Notes under the pieces: generated by a model
Told to the model about the DNA's origin: nothing
Database searches by the model: none
What the model saw: the letters and a program-made list of their open reading frames with translations, nothing else
Part shown: positions 1 through 11,700 of the stretch, piece after piece
How the letters are laid out: every line of letters starts with the position of its first letter
Position numbering within the stretch: position 1 is the stretch's first letter
Assembly (NCBI RefSeq): GCF_021869535.1
Contig: NW_026262712.1
Span: forward strand, 44,020,001 to 44,084,000
From: Mytilus californianus
Lineage: Eukaryota
Length of the DNA: 64,000 nucleotides
Direction: 5' to 3'
Position numbers and translations under genes: made by a program

Positions 1-1145
1 TTTCTTTTCGAGAACATTTTCACCATTGTTTTCATGTTTGCAACCGGAAGCTTTGCCACTCACTTTCAAGACTGATAACTCTGTTAAAAACGAAAATAAA
101 AATAACGATAATAATTTTTTAGTGACAAAAATACAATAATCCAACATTTTAATCAATCAAAATATTAAAAATAAATATTGAGTTTACGACACAAAATTTT
201 TCGTGTGCATGGTAATAATGCATGCGTGAAATTCTGTGCAGTGGAATAGTCCCGATCCCCCCTGAAGGAGGATGACCCCTTTCATGTTTTTGTTTAAAAA
301 AATTAAAACTTTGTACTCATATTATGCATTCAAATGTATGTCTTATTTCTTTATCTTTGAAGGTTTATAAATCAATTGGACTCCCTTTCATTTTTTTTTC
401 TTCAAAAAACTAAAATTTTGTAATCTTTATTATCTGTGTTTATTATGCATTCCAAATGTATGTCTTATTTTCTTTATCTTTAAAGGTTCATGCATCACTG
501 GGACTGTCTCCTAGACAGAAAACAATAAAAAAAAAGGGCTCTAGTATCAATATAAAAAAAGCAAAAGAAAAGGCACAAACCAAAGAAGCTAAGAGAAGAC
601 GTTTTTATTTAAAGCCGACTAGATCGTCAAAGACTGCTAGTAAAGAAATAAAGATAGGAAAAACTTATGAAAGTGAAATAGGTATAAACTAATATTAAAA
701 GGGTAACCACCATGACAGTTTTCCGAAATGTGATGTCAGAAACTATGTATTTGGTCACATGTAGATTTATGTTTTTATTTACCCTGAAAATTTGAATTTT
801 GAAATTATGTTTGGATCAATTCGGACATGACATAAACTTTCCTAATCTATAAATTTCGATATTTAAACAATCCATCGTCATATGTCATCAACTGAAATTA
901 CTATATATGCCTAAACATGATAAAATCTGCTGAATCTTAAAACATGTAAAAGTGACCAAAACTATGCCAATCCGATACTGTATACTATTATTTAAATAAA
1001 GTCTTGCTGAACCAACGCCTCTAAAGTTTTGTATAGGTAGGGATCTCTTTAATGGATACCGATACCAGTATGCAGGATTGTCATATGAAATAAATATAGA
1101 TACAACTAGATTGAAAACAACACTTGAGTGAACTGCAAATTTATT

Positions 1146-1186
1146 TGTCGACATGTTTCGCCGATTAGATCGGCGTCATCAGGACA
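1146..1186 (-). ncRNA. Minimal type I hammerhead ribozyme (PLE/retrozyme type)
   Basis: Minus strand reads UGUC-CUGAUGA-C-GCCGAU-CUA-AUCGGC-GAAA-C-AU-G-UC^GACA. Core CUGAUGA/GAAA/GUC is intact, stem I is UGUC:GACA, stem II is 6 bp, and stem III is a palindromic ACAUGU. One extra C follows the CUGAUGA box, a variant seen in PLE hammerheads. AATAAA follows directly. Confidence 0.85.
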
Positions 1187-1335
1187 AGGTACACAGTAAA
1201 TGAAATCCCTGAATTACAAAAAAAAAATAAAATCTAAAATTTAACGTCATAATGTAATTTATCTTGTCTATGTTGGTATTGGTATTGGTTACTTATGTAT
1301 AAATGTAATGGATCAAATAGAATATGTTAATAAAG

Positions 1336-2115
1336 TTATAAAATTGATATAATCAAGAGTTCAAATGTTATTGTCGACTGTTTTGAACTTGTAAAGATGT
1401 TGTAGATACCTCTGACTGATAATTGTGTCTTCCGTTTTTCCTCGGAAGGTTCATCTGTGACTGATAGTAGTGTCTTCCGTTTATCCTCGGAAGGTTCATC
1501 TCTGAATGATAATTGTGTCTTCCATTTATCATCGGTAGGTTCTTCTCTGCTTACAATTCCTCACTGGTACTGTCAACTGGTCCCTTGTATCTACTGTAAC
1601 TATTAATAACTTGGTATACGTCTTCACTTTCTTCAACTAAATAGCCGTAGCTGTTTGTGCTATAATTTGGTGGTCCGATGGTCTTTACATCAATTATATC
1701 ATCATCAGTCTTACGAGTCGCTGATGTGCAGTTCTTCTCTCAGTGTATCAATGATTGTCTGTACATGTGCAGGTACCTTGTGCGGGTTGACCGGAGTTGA
1801 AACTATTTTGAGGGTGCTGATACTACTTTAAATGTTGGTGTCAATTCATTTTTTAGCGGGCTTCTAATGGTGGAGTCTATTTTAATACTGGTTTAGCTGT
1901 GGCATTTGGTGTTGCAGTTTTTTCACTTAAGTCTGTTCCTGGGGTTTCTTGGTGTTTGGTCATTATGTGTTTCTTTGTTGCATATTTCCTGGTAAAATTA
2001 GCCGGGCAGTAGAGATTCGAAGATTGTTACCGTCGGTTCAATGAAGCTGAAATGGTGTTTACGTAGTGTGCTAATATTAGCAAACTTCTTGTCATATTTA
2101 AGGCATATTAATTCT
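1336..2115 (-). pseudogene. Decayed ORF with two C2H2 zinc fingers, Pro/Thr-rich and acidic tracts and three 15-aa repeats (probably mobile-element derived)
   Basis: Manual translation across frameshifts and stops: ICLK(Y)DKKFANISTLRKHHFSF...FE(C)LYCPANFTRKYATKKHIMTKH...K*TPPLEAR...LREELHISDS...DEPSEDKRKTLLSV repeats. Confidence 0.6.
1414..1548 (-). repeat. Three in-frame 45-bp tandem repeats (REEPTDDKWKTQLSF / RDEPSEDKRKTLLSV / TDEPSEEKRKTQLSV)
   Basis: Units at 1504-1548, 1459-1503 and 1414-1458, read directly. Confidence 0.9.
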
Positions 2116-2142
2116 GGTCTTTAATTGTTTACCCCCTGAATG

Positions 2143-4215
2143 AAAAGTAAAATAGCAAAAATACCGAACTCCAAGAAAAATCCAAAACAGGAAAGTCCAT
2201 TTTCAATGGGAAAATCAAAAGCTCAAAGACACCAATAGAACGTATAACAACTGTCATATTCCCGACTCGATACAGGCATTTACTTATGTAGAAAATGGTG
2301 TATTAAACCTGGTTTTGAAGCTAGCTTAGCCTCTCACTCGCATATAATTCCTTTACAGTGGCAACAATGAGTGAGCAAAACAAACAGACATAATAGGTAA
2401 AACTGTCAAAAATTGGGATACAGCAGTCACCGTTGTGTTCTAATCTCAACCGTTATAGAAACAGACAACTATGTCAAAAAAGAAAAACAAAATAGCACAT
2501 AGTCACTATAGACAAGGCACATAAGCAAAAATGAAAGACAAAAATACAAAAAATGACTATAGCACAACACAATGGCGGGATGTTCAAATAACGAGCCACG
2601 TCAAGATATTACCAAACATGGACTAAACAGACAAGGTTAAAAATATACAAAGACAATTAAAATGAGCACTACAACACGCAATTAAGATGATAAACAACGT
2701 CAGTACCTAAAATATATACTTCAAAATCATCATATATTATTTGTGAAGTTGATACGAAATATTTATCAATAAGGTAATGGTATCTTCCAATGAACTCTTT
2801 TTAAGAAAAAGGACGAGACGTTTTTTTGACATAACCCTGGTTCATCAACTTTTTGCCCAGACACTGATGACGTTTTATGAAGGTTTAGTAGCAGCTGCAA
2901 CCTTGAATACCCAATGAGGTGGTAAATGTATATCCCATATGCAGATGAAGTTGGTATATTGCTGCTTAGTTGGGGGGAAATTTATAATTACAAAATTAAA
3001 ATCGACTCGTTTGTCGTAGATTCTGGCACCAAGATGACCGTTTATGTAAAATTCGAGGTATACGTCTAAAAATGATTCAGTGGAAGCATTGTCTGTTGTT
3101 TCTTTAATTTCTAGTTCTGTAGGATTTATTAATGAAACCCAATCAGAAAAGTTTGGATTGTTAATGGAAAGAACATCATCAATATATCTGAATGTTAAAT
3201 TATATGATCTGCGTTTTGAACAAGCGAATGAAGAAACTCCGACTCATGAAAATAAGGAGATGTCGGTAAGGAGAGGCGCACAGTTCGTTCTCATAGGAAT
3301 GCCGACAATTTGTTGCAAAAATCTTCCTCCAAATTCATCAAATGTGTTGCCAATAAGAAACTTCAGCATACTGATCATTTGTTCCTAGGTGTATCATATT
3401 TTATATTTTCGTTCACTAGTATCAAAATATGCTGTATGGTATTCGAAAGTAACAAATTTATAGCGTATTCTATCATTTTCATATTAAAAAGCATTGCGGA
3501 TAATTTCTGTTAAGATGAATTTTTAATTTAACATGAGGAGTCGTGGTTTAAAGAGTTGAAAAATCAAAGGTGTTACAAGAATGAATTTTAGAGAAAGATC
3601 GCGATTTAAAATTATCCAGAAGTTCTTTAGAGTTGTTTTTTAATATCCACATATTGTTATAATAGAGTTATAATACCACTATGCGAGTAAACAGTTTGAC
3701 GGTATTTCTGAAGACCCTCTTTCACTGCGGACAGATTTTTTTTCAATCTAATGGATAATTCCATCGTAGATGATGCAGATGAGCCGGCAATGTACCGTTG
3801 TTTGTACGGAATTTTGTGAAACTTAGGTATTCAATACAATGTCAGTCCTCAGATTTGCTGTTCAAAGTAATCTTAAAATTAAATTATATCTGGCTTATTT
3901 TGTCTTCTTGAATCTCTCAGACATTCTACTTTCCTTGGCGTACGTTTTGTCATAGTCATTTTATTTTTGTCTGATTAGTCCTTAAGGTTCGGCAGTTCCC
4001 AATTTATGATTTCTGCTTTCTTCCGTACGCAAGCGAATGTTGATGCCGTGTTTCGTTATTATTATACGTTAAATAGTGACGTTTTTTCCTATCGTGATGT
4101 TCCGACGTAAAGTGATGTGATACAGGTTTATGTTGGTTTGTACATTAATCTCATTGAAATTTCCCGTAAATCGCTCTTTTAAGTTGTCGTCTGTTTGTCC
4201 AACGTATTGTTTTTT
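2143..4215 (-). mobile_element. Degenerate Naiad-type Penelope-like retroelement: GIY-YIG endonuclease N-terminal to RT, plus 3' tail (family A)
   Basis: QYVGQTDDNLKERF at 4209-4165 and KLGTAEP*GL near 3975 (GIY-YIG). Then LY(W)IPKFHKIPYKQRYIAGSS, TFDFSTL, GIPMRTNCAPLL, RYIDDVLSINN (YIDD at 3186-3175) and YDKRVDFNFVIINFP. Many stops and frameshifts. Confidence 0.85.
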
Positions 4216-4347
4216 TTTTTTTAGCTACCTCACTATATATATATATGTTGACCTCTAGATTATGTTTTTTATTGTTGTTGGGTTGATGTCTCATCATAGC
4301 AGTTTACTCAGTATCACCCGTTTTATCATGTTTTAGCATATTTTTAA

Positions 4348-4720
4348 ATACCACACAGAGAAGGAATACGTGCAGCAAAAGGAAATGCTATAGAAAAGGG
4401 AAAACAAGAATCCGCCCACTTGGATATTATTACGATTCGTTCATTTTCTTCTCACGAAAAACTGTTTCCGATTTGATGACAAAAATTACATGCAGAAAAT
4501 GGTACTTCTATGGAAAATTTCATAGCCCCGAAGTATGCCATTATTTTTATGGCTAAAGTTGAAAGGGAATTTTCAAATGCACAACACGAAAAACCATTTG
4601 TATGGTGGTCATAGACGTTTTTATCGTATGGTCCTTTTCGAGCTAGGATCTACAATATTTCTTACAGTCCTAAATTCTTTCCACTACTCTTATAAAATTC
4701 AACTAACAATAAGCAGCATC
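4348..4720 (+). mobile_element. Canonical Penelope/Neptune-type RT fragment
   Basis: IPHREGIRAA...GTSMENFIAPKYAIIFMAKVE...KPFVWW, matching the IPHxEG / GTAMGxxxAPxYANIFM / WWRYIDD motifs, with frameshifts. Confidence 0.7.
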
Positions 4721-4849
4721 CTTAAAATATTAAAGCTGTAGCTAAAAAATATGTAGCAGGAGAAAGCCGGACAAACAATGTATCTATATCCGGACGGATT
4801 GACAAGGGTAAATTAATATGCCCCTCGATATTTTGTCGCGGGGCCATTA

Positions 4850-5930
4850 AAAACACTCAAGACTAACAGGCTAGAGGTTCCTGACTTGGGACATGCGCAA
4901 AAATGTGGTGGTGTTTAACATGTTTTGTAAGATCTCAACCTTTCCCTCATACCCCTAGTCAATGTGGAATAAACAAACACGCAGCAATACGCAAAGTAAA
5001 ATTCAGTTTAAAAGATGAACAAATGACAATAATCAACATAAATTAACAAAGAGCTTCTAACAGTTACTAACATGCCAGCTCCCGACCTAAATTCAACTGC
5101 TTGAGAGATTATATCATCAACGTATGATAATCAATCACAATCCCTCCCGTTAGGGATTTAGTATCATGCTATCATAAATTATACGAGAAAAATTTTACTT
5201 GTATCATGCTTACAACTGGTTTTAGAATATATTTGTTTATTTCCGATGCAAAGATCCTATGAGTGAATCAATAAATTCCCCTAAATGCCATCTTTAATGA
5301 CTTGACAACAGTAACGTATCTATATCCCTTCTAAATAAGTCTGTTTAAAGCTTCGGTTTTGCCATATCATATTACCATAAAATAAGGAATATGAAATTCA
5401 TGAACATACTAAATGTCTGAAGGTTGATATATATTTACGAGTGATGTCCTTGTACCGATGATAAAATTTAGTAAATTTTTTTATAATGAAAAACCAGGTG
5501 TAATAATTTTTCAGTTATACAGAGATTTCTTTAGTTTATATCAAATACGTTGTTACATAACATACACGAGCTAAGAGTAAAAAAAATGGTATATATAAAC
5601 ACAATAAGATGGTGGCAAGGGAACGTCACCTTCTTAAAATGGATAATTAACCATAAAATGAAAAATAATTTCTTTTATGATAAATTTTAGTATTAAACTT
5701 CCCGTTAAATATATAGATATCAAGACCCAGGAAAGTACAGCGTTCATTGCTGCTTTATGTAAAGTAAGTTCAACAGTAAATCATTTTATCTTACATACTG
5801 AAGTCGTCTTTATTGTGAGCCAATGTATCATCAAATATTTAAAAGTTATTAATTTTTGCTTAAATTCTTCTGAAAATAGTTAATGCTTATGAAGAGACTA
5901 TGCCAACCAGAAATAAAGGAAAGAACACTA
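4850..5930 (-). mobile_element. Naiad-type PLE 3' fragment (family B): RT C-terminus plus tail
   Basis: Degenerate YLDD-x-LA-x-N-x-DDFSM near 5830, FPIVNYPF-x-EGDVP near 5630; tail resembles 26270-26910. Confidence 0.65.
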
Positions 5931-5959
5931 AATAGGGTTACTATTTATGTAGTAAAGAC

Positions 5960-6110
5960 TACAAAAGAGGGGCGAACGATACCAGAGGGACATTCAAACT
6001 CATAGATCGAAAATAAACTGACAACGCCATGGGTAAAAAAAGGTAAAGACAAACACACAAACAATAGTACATAAGACACAACTTAGAAAACTAAAGACTA
6101 AACAACAATG
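5960..6110 (-). repeat. Family C 3' remnant (short interspersed repeat)
   Basis: gggacattcaaactcata...gacaacgccatgg...aaactaaagact shared with 34700-34800 and 61130-61260. Confidence 0.7.
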
Positions 6111-6161
6111 CTCAATTTTAAGTGACAATTAAGTAATTTACGTGCGTTCTATCTTTAATGT

Positions 6162-6616
6162 TTATGTAAACCGATAGACATATAGTTCATTGGTGCTGTA
6201 AGATGGAGCAAACACTTCAACAAAAGAGTCTCCATCTACATCAGCAAATGATAGTTCACCGACAGTTCCATCGCCGGCATCTAAAAACATCATCATACTG
6301 TATGTCCAATCAGAAGGTTCGTTACTTAATGGTTCTAAGTAATACGCTTTGCCATCATCATCTCCGGATAGTAAAATTGAGGGCTTCGATCTGCAATAAA
6401 TTAATCATATTTATATGAATTTTAAATGAGATTTTTTTTATAACAAACCGGAGCATTGGCACGTTCAATTTACTCATACATGCATATTAAACAATGGTTT
6501 TTCTTCTTATAGACTGTCATCCCTCACTCCATTGCGACTCATAAGATAATATAAATAAATTATCAGAAAATCAAATATTCTAAATGATAATGATTAAGAA
6601 TAACATGCGAAAAGTG

Positions 6617-6660
<44 letters not shown>

Positions 6661-8713
6661 GCAGTAATTTTGCACTGTACCATATTCTTGAGTTCACTTA
6701 ATAATAAAGCAACGAAAACATACGCGTTAACTTTGGTATTTGGATACACCGGCATTGCTGCTCCTGGTGCTCCTTTCCCTGTTCCAGATTTTCCTGGTTT
6801 AAATCCTGCCGCTAATGAGTGTCTCTTGAAGTCTCCAGATCTATATAAAAATGTATAAACATGGTGATTATGGAACGGCAAGAAGACATCTTACCGTATA
6901 AAATAAAAACTGAAAAGGTTCCCCTTCCGAAAGATAACCCCCTATTTTTGGTTTAGTTCGTGCTACTCATTCTTTAGTTCTCAAATTTGTGTTATATATA
7001 TATTGGTGTTTGTCTTTTGGTTGTTGTTGTTGTTTTGCCATGGCTTTTTCAGTTCTTTTACGACTTATGAGTTTGAATGACCCTTTGTTATATACTGCCT
7101 ATCTTTTTAAACATTCGCTGTTTCCGGTATCAATTGATGAATTGTAAACTATGCTTTATTATTTGTGACAATACGATTAAGTTGAAAGAATCTAACAGAA
7201 AGTGCATATAAATCCGGAATGCGTCTAGAATGTTAAGAGTTTTTTTTTATTCTGTTCATTTTATTATCCCAGTTACATATTGGACGGGTGTCAAAGAAGA
7301 TGTTGTCAATAATTGAAACTAAATTAATATTTGTGTTTGATATATATCTATTGGCAACAATTTAGTGCATATACAGAACGAGGGGGAAAATAACAATCAA
7401 TGCAATATTGAGGGTCTGCAAAGTGGGTCAATTGGTATGAAGATTTTAAAGTATTCCAGAAAACAGGTAGGTTGAGATAAATGATACCTTGTGACAGACA
7501 TGAAAACTAACCCCCTCGATGAGATGTAAGGGTTGTTTTATTGCATATAGGCCAGGCCAAAATTACCCTATGCCAGATTCAAACCACCTGATTTATACAG
7601 TCAAATGGACGGCTCTCTTTATTTTGTGTAAGAAGTCCAGCTGACTGAATCAATCACATTGTTTACTTAACAAGAATACCAGTGGCGGATCCAGGGGGTT
7701 GGGTTGGGGGGGGGGGGGGGGTTGGAACCCCCCCTTTTTTGGACGATCAATGCATTTGAATGGGGACATATGGTTGGACCCCCCCCCCCCCCCCCCCCCC
7801 CCTTATCCTGGGTTGGAAACCCCCCTTTTGGAAAATGGCTGGATCTGCTCCTGAATACAGGGTCTTAAATATTTCAACGTAAAGCGACTAATACAAATAT
7901 TGTACCTAAAGTCTGAAGGTACTTCATAAGCGTAGAGGGACCCAGATTCACCATTATTAGTCACAAGTAAGTCTGGTTTACCATCATTGTTCAGATCAGC
8001 CACAGTCACATCAAACACATTACCAATGCTATTATCTATTACTCTGGATTTAATCTGAAATAGACATAACAGATATTCGCAAAAAAATATTATTAAAAAA
8101 AACGTAACATTTTGGTTAGGCCGAAGATAAAACTATTACTCTTTTCAACCATTTTGTTGACATACATGACTGTATGAGTGAAAAAAAACCTAACGGAAAG
8201 TTGATTCGTTATGATTGATCGGTTTTTCAAGAATTTATAATTGAAACTCAAATATCACATTCATTAACAAAGCAAGCATGAGGGACAAATAGTGTGCTTC
8301 GGGATAAATTTTGTTGAAATCTACAATATTTCTAGTACGAAAAGCACATTACAATTCAATAACGAGAAGAATATATTTCATTAATTATGTTTCATACGTT
8401 TTAAATCTTTAATTGTAATCACGGAGATGAAGGTATAGTAGCATTTATCTGGCATTCAAAATATTTTAATTCTTCCATCTTTGTTGAATATGTTTATTTC
8501 ACTGTTAAACCAATTAAATGATAATCTCGATACATATGGCAGGGATCTTTTTTTTTTATTATTTCACTGCCAAGTCCAAAAACTGTTTTAAATTAAACGA
8601 ACGTGACCACTGTTTGCGTTAGTGCAATCAGTTATTAACAAGCAATTCTTATCACAATAACGGTATAGTTTAATTGCCAAAGAGATAATTATTCACCAAA
8701 GACCAACAAAACG

Positions 8714-8757
<44 letters not shown>

Positions 8758-11700
8758 CACAGGGTCTTAAAAAATGACCAAAATCAATACCGTATACTAA
8801 GCTATAAATTGTCCTACCTTGACATTTTGGTAAACGAGACAACTTAAGGGAAAACATTAATTAAACTAAAACCATTACAGACAACTCAAAAGAAAGCTCA
8901 TGATTTACCGGATGTCTTTGGATATGCAAGAATGTGACGAGGTTAATCATGTTAGCGATCATCTCATTAATTTGTTTACCTTAACATGGCACAGAGGTTT
9001 AAAAGCATAACAAAAGAACACATCTTAGGTAACTGGCGAATAGAAATATGATCTATTAGTCTTAGATTTTTTTTATTAGTTGTTATTGGCTTTGAACTAG
9101 CTGTCAGTTAGTGCGAGTGCACTAAGATCTGTACTTGGTGTCTTTTTGTTATAGGGATCTATAAGTACCCGTCCACTTCCACTGTGTTTTCGTGAGATAT
9201 ATTTCTATATGAATCTATCTAATAAGTTAATCATTTTTCAAAGGAACCTGTATTTCAGTGGATGTCGTTTGCTTGCTGTGTAACATATTTGTTTTTCGTT
9301 CATTATTTTGTACATGAATTAGGACGTAAGTTTTCTCGTTTCAAATAATTTAATTTGTCATTTCGGGGCCTATTATAGCTGACTATGCGGTATGGGTTTT
9401 GCTCATTGTTGAAGGCCGTACGGTGACCTAAAGTTGTTAATTAAGTGTTGTCTCATTTGCAATCATATCACATCTTCTTATTTTTATACTTATGTCTTCT
9501 TTCACTCGGAAGTAAAATCCTTGCTAAAGCGAAGCTTCCGTTTGGCTACGCGGGATGTACAAGTACGCAGATACGTCCGGTCAGGCGTTAAATCTGATGC
9601 CTCGTGTACAGAGTGCCAATTTCTTTGATGGGTCCGTAAAAAATGGGGGGAGGGCGCTGCAAAGCAAAAACTCAGTTCTAGTCCAATTTATCCTGATTTA
9701 CCAATGGCAGTCCAAACTTCCCCGACCTCATCACGGACGGTCTCTATTACATGACCTACCTATAGTATTTATTAATAATTTGTTCCCATCGTCCTGAACA
9801 TGCATGCAATATTTACCGCTGGACGTTGAGCAACAAAAAATCAATCGATCATAAGAACAAACCAACTACATCAGTTTTAAAAGGGTTGACCCATTAGATC
9901 GACACGAAGCACTTAAATAACACTAATTACTGATCTAGTATTTGCATTTACTGATACCTAGTTCAAAATTACAAAAAAAATCATGTTTTAGTATTTTTCA
10001 TATTTTTGTTTCCTTGTGTTCATACTTAATGTTGAAGAACTTAACATCTAATTTTATAATACCTTTGATACGTCGGTCCAGTTTGCTATCTTATTATCAA
10101 CCCAATAAATCGTCAAACTAGATGTGAAAAACTGTGCAGCTATCAAACAGTCTCGTGGACCATCTGTCGTATTAAAAACTGCATCGATGACAAAGATGTC
10201 TGGACCATGTGCGATAACAGTTGGTCGCCAGGGTGTATAGTAATTCCCAGGATTTTCTAACCATAGCATTTCAGAATCTTTCCCTGTGTTTAAAAGGTAA
10301 AACAAGTTTTAAATTTAAGTAACAAGTAAAGAATAAAGTCATTAAGAGTGACATTTCATCAGGACCCCCATGTCACAGGGCCGTAGACCAAGAGTTGACT
10401 CGGATATAGAAATATTGTGATTGTATCGTCTTTCTCCGCTTGGGCCCATGCTGAACTAAAGCGCTCGCTTGACTGTGCGGGATATATACATACACAGACA
10501 CATCAGTTTTCTGCACAATGAAGAACATATGCAGTAGCTGTCCGGAGGTCAATATGCCGCTTGTTTCAAGGTAAAACTTCTGTCCCTATCAACGGACCTT
10601 AGTTTTCAAGTGGTAGTCCAAACATACCACCCTTTATGCAGGTCGACTCTACCTACTTGTATTGTTTGTTTAATTTTAACGTCCTGATCATAATGAATTA
10701 TTTGCCACTGAATGTTAAACATACATCAGTCAGAGCGCCCCCTTACTCAAGACAATGAGCTACTTTCAGGTTTCCATGGTTATTGACATGAACCTCACTC
10801 CTGGGAATATAATTAATTCTATCACAAATCGTTCTAATTTGTTGTAAATGAGGTATGTTTCGGGAAATATATTTAGAACCCGTCTGTTCACCACAATATA
10901 ATTAGCTTCATAATACCCGATCAACAGAACAATCCTCCGTATAGTCTCGTGTCAGTTTATTAGCATTATAAAAAGTACTAATAAAATCCGACTCAAAAAT
11001 CTATAAATCAATAAAGATCACAACTCCTGCACCCAATGTTGCTTTTGGAATGTTCACTTAAATTCCCTCACACGGATTTTACAATTGTCACTTCAAAATA
11101 ACATATGCATCATTTGCCCAACGGACAAGATTACGGAGAGTTCTTTTTAACATATCAAGTCTGAAGAATGCACTTTGTAAATACAACTAATTCACAAACT
11201 TTCTTGGGGAGATATTCAATATTTATAGATATTTTGTTTTGTTTTCGTACTGGTTCCCAGATATTATCTCTATGTTTCATCTCATAGAGATATAACTTGG
11301 GAATGTAATCATTTTTTTACGAAACTTCCTAGTTAAAGTGGCACAGTTTTAACCGTAAAAGTTCCTATGGGAAATTGCATTGTCTATATTAACACAAGCG
11401 CAACCTAAATGGATATTGATTCATTTGCATATTTTTCATGTTTTATAACAGCCCATTTCATTCAAGAAATCAGAAAAAATGATCCAGCATTGTTCTATAT
11501 GACAACTGCGGTCAAAACCGTATCAATCTAAATCAAATTGAAAATCTTCTAAGATTTAAAATTTAATTGGTGTTTTTTTCGTAACTATCTCAAATATAAA
11601 CAAACAAAAGATTTAAACAAGGTTTTTGGTCATTCTGAATTAAGATTCGTGCATTGTAAGGCACTCACATAAACCGAAAAACAGTATGATTGAAATACAG

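Noticed and set aside
456-692. 78-aa Lys-rich ORF
   Set aside because: Product of A-rich low-complexity sequence; no motif or splice support
888-1154. 88-aa ORF starting inside the hammerhead
   Set aside because: No recognisable domain; its ATG is part of the palindromic stem III, so probably incidental
2700-4215. Possible selenocysteine (TGA) recoding as reported for some clam Naiads
   Set aside because: The checkable conserved Cys (TNCAP) is TGT, and stops of all three types are scattered, consistent with decay
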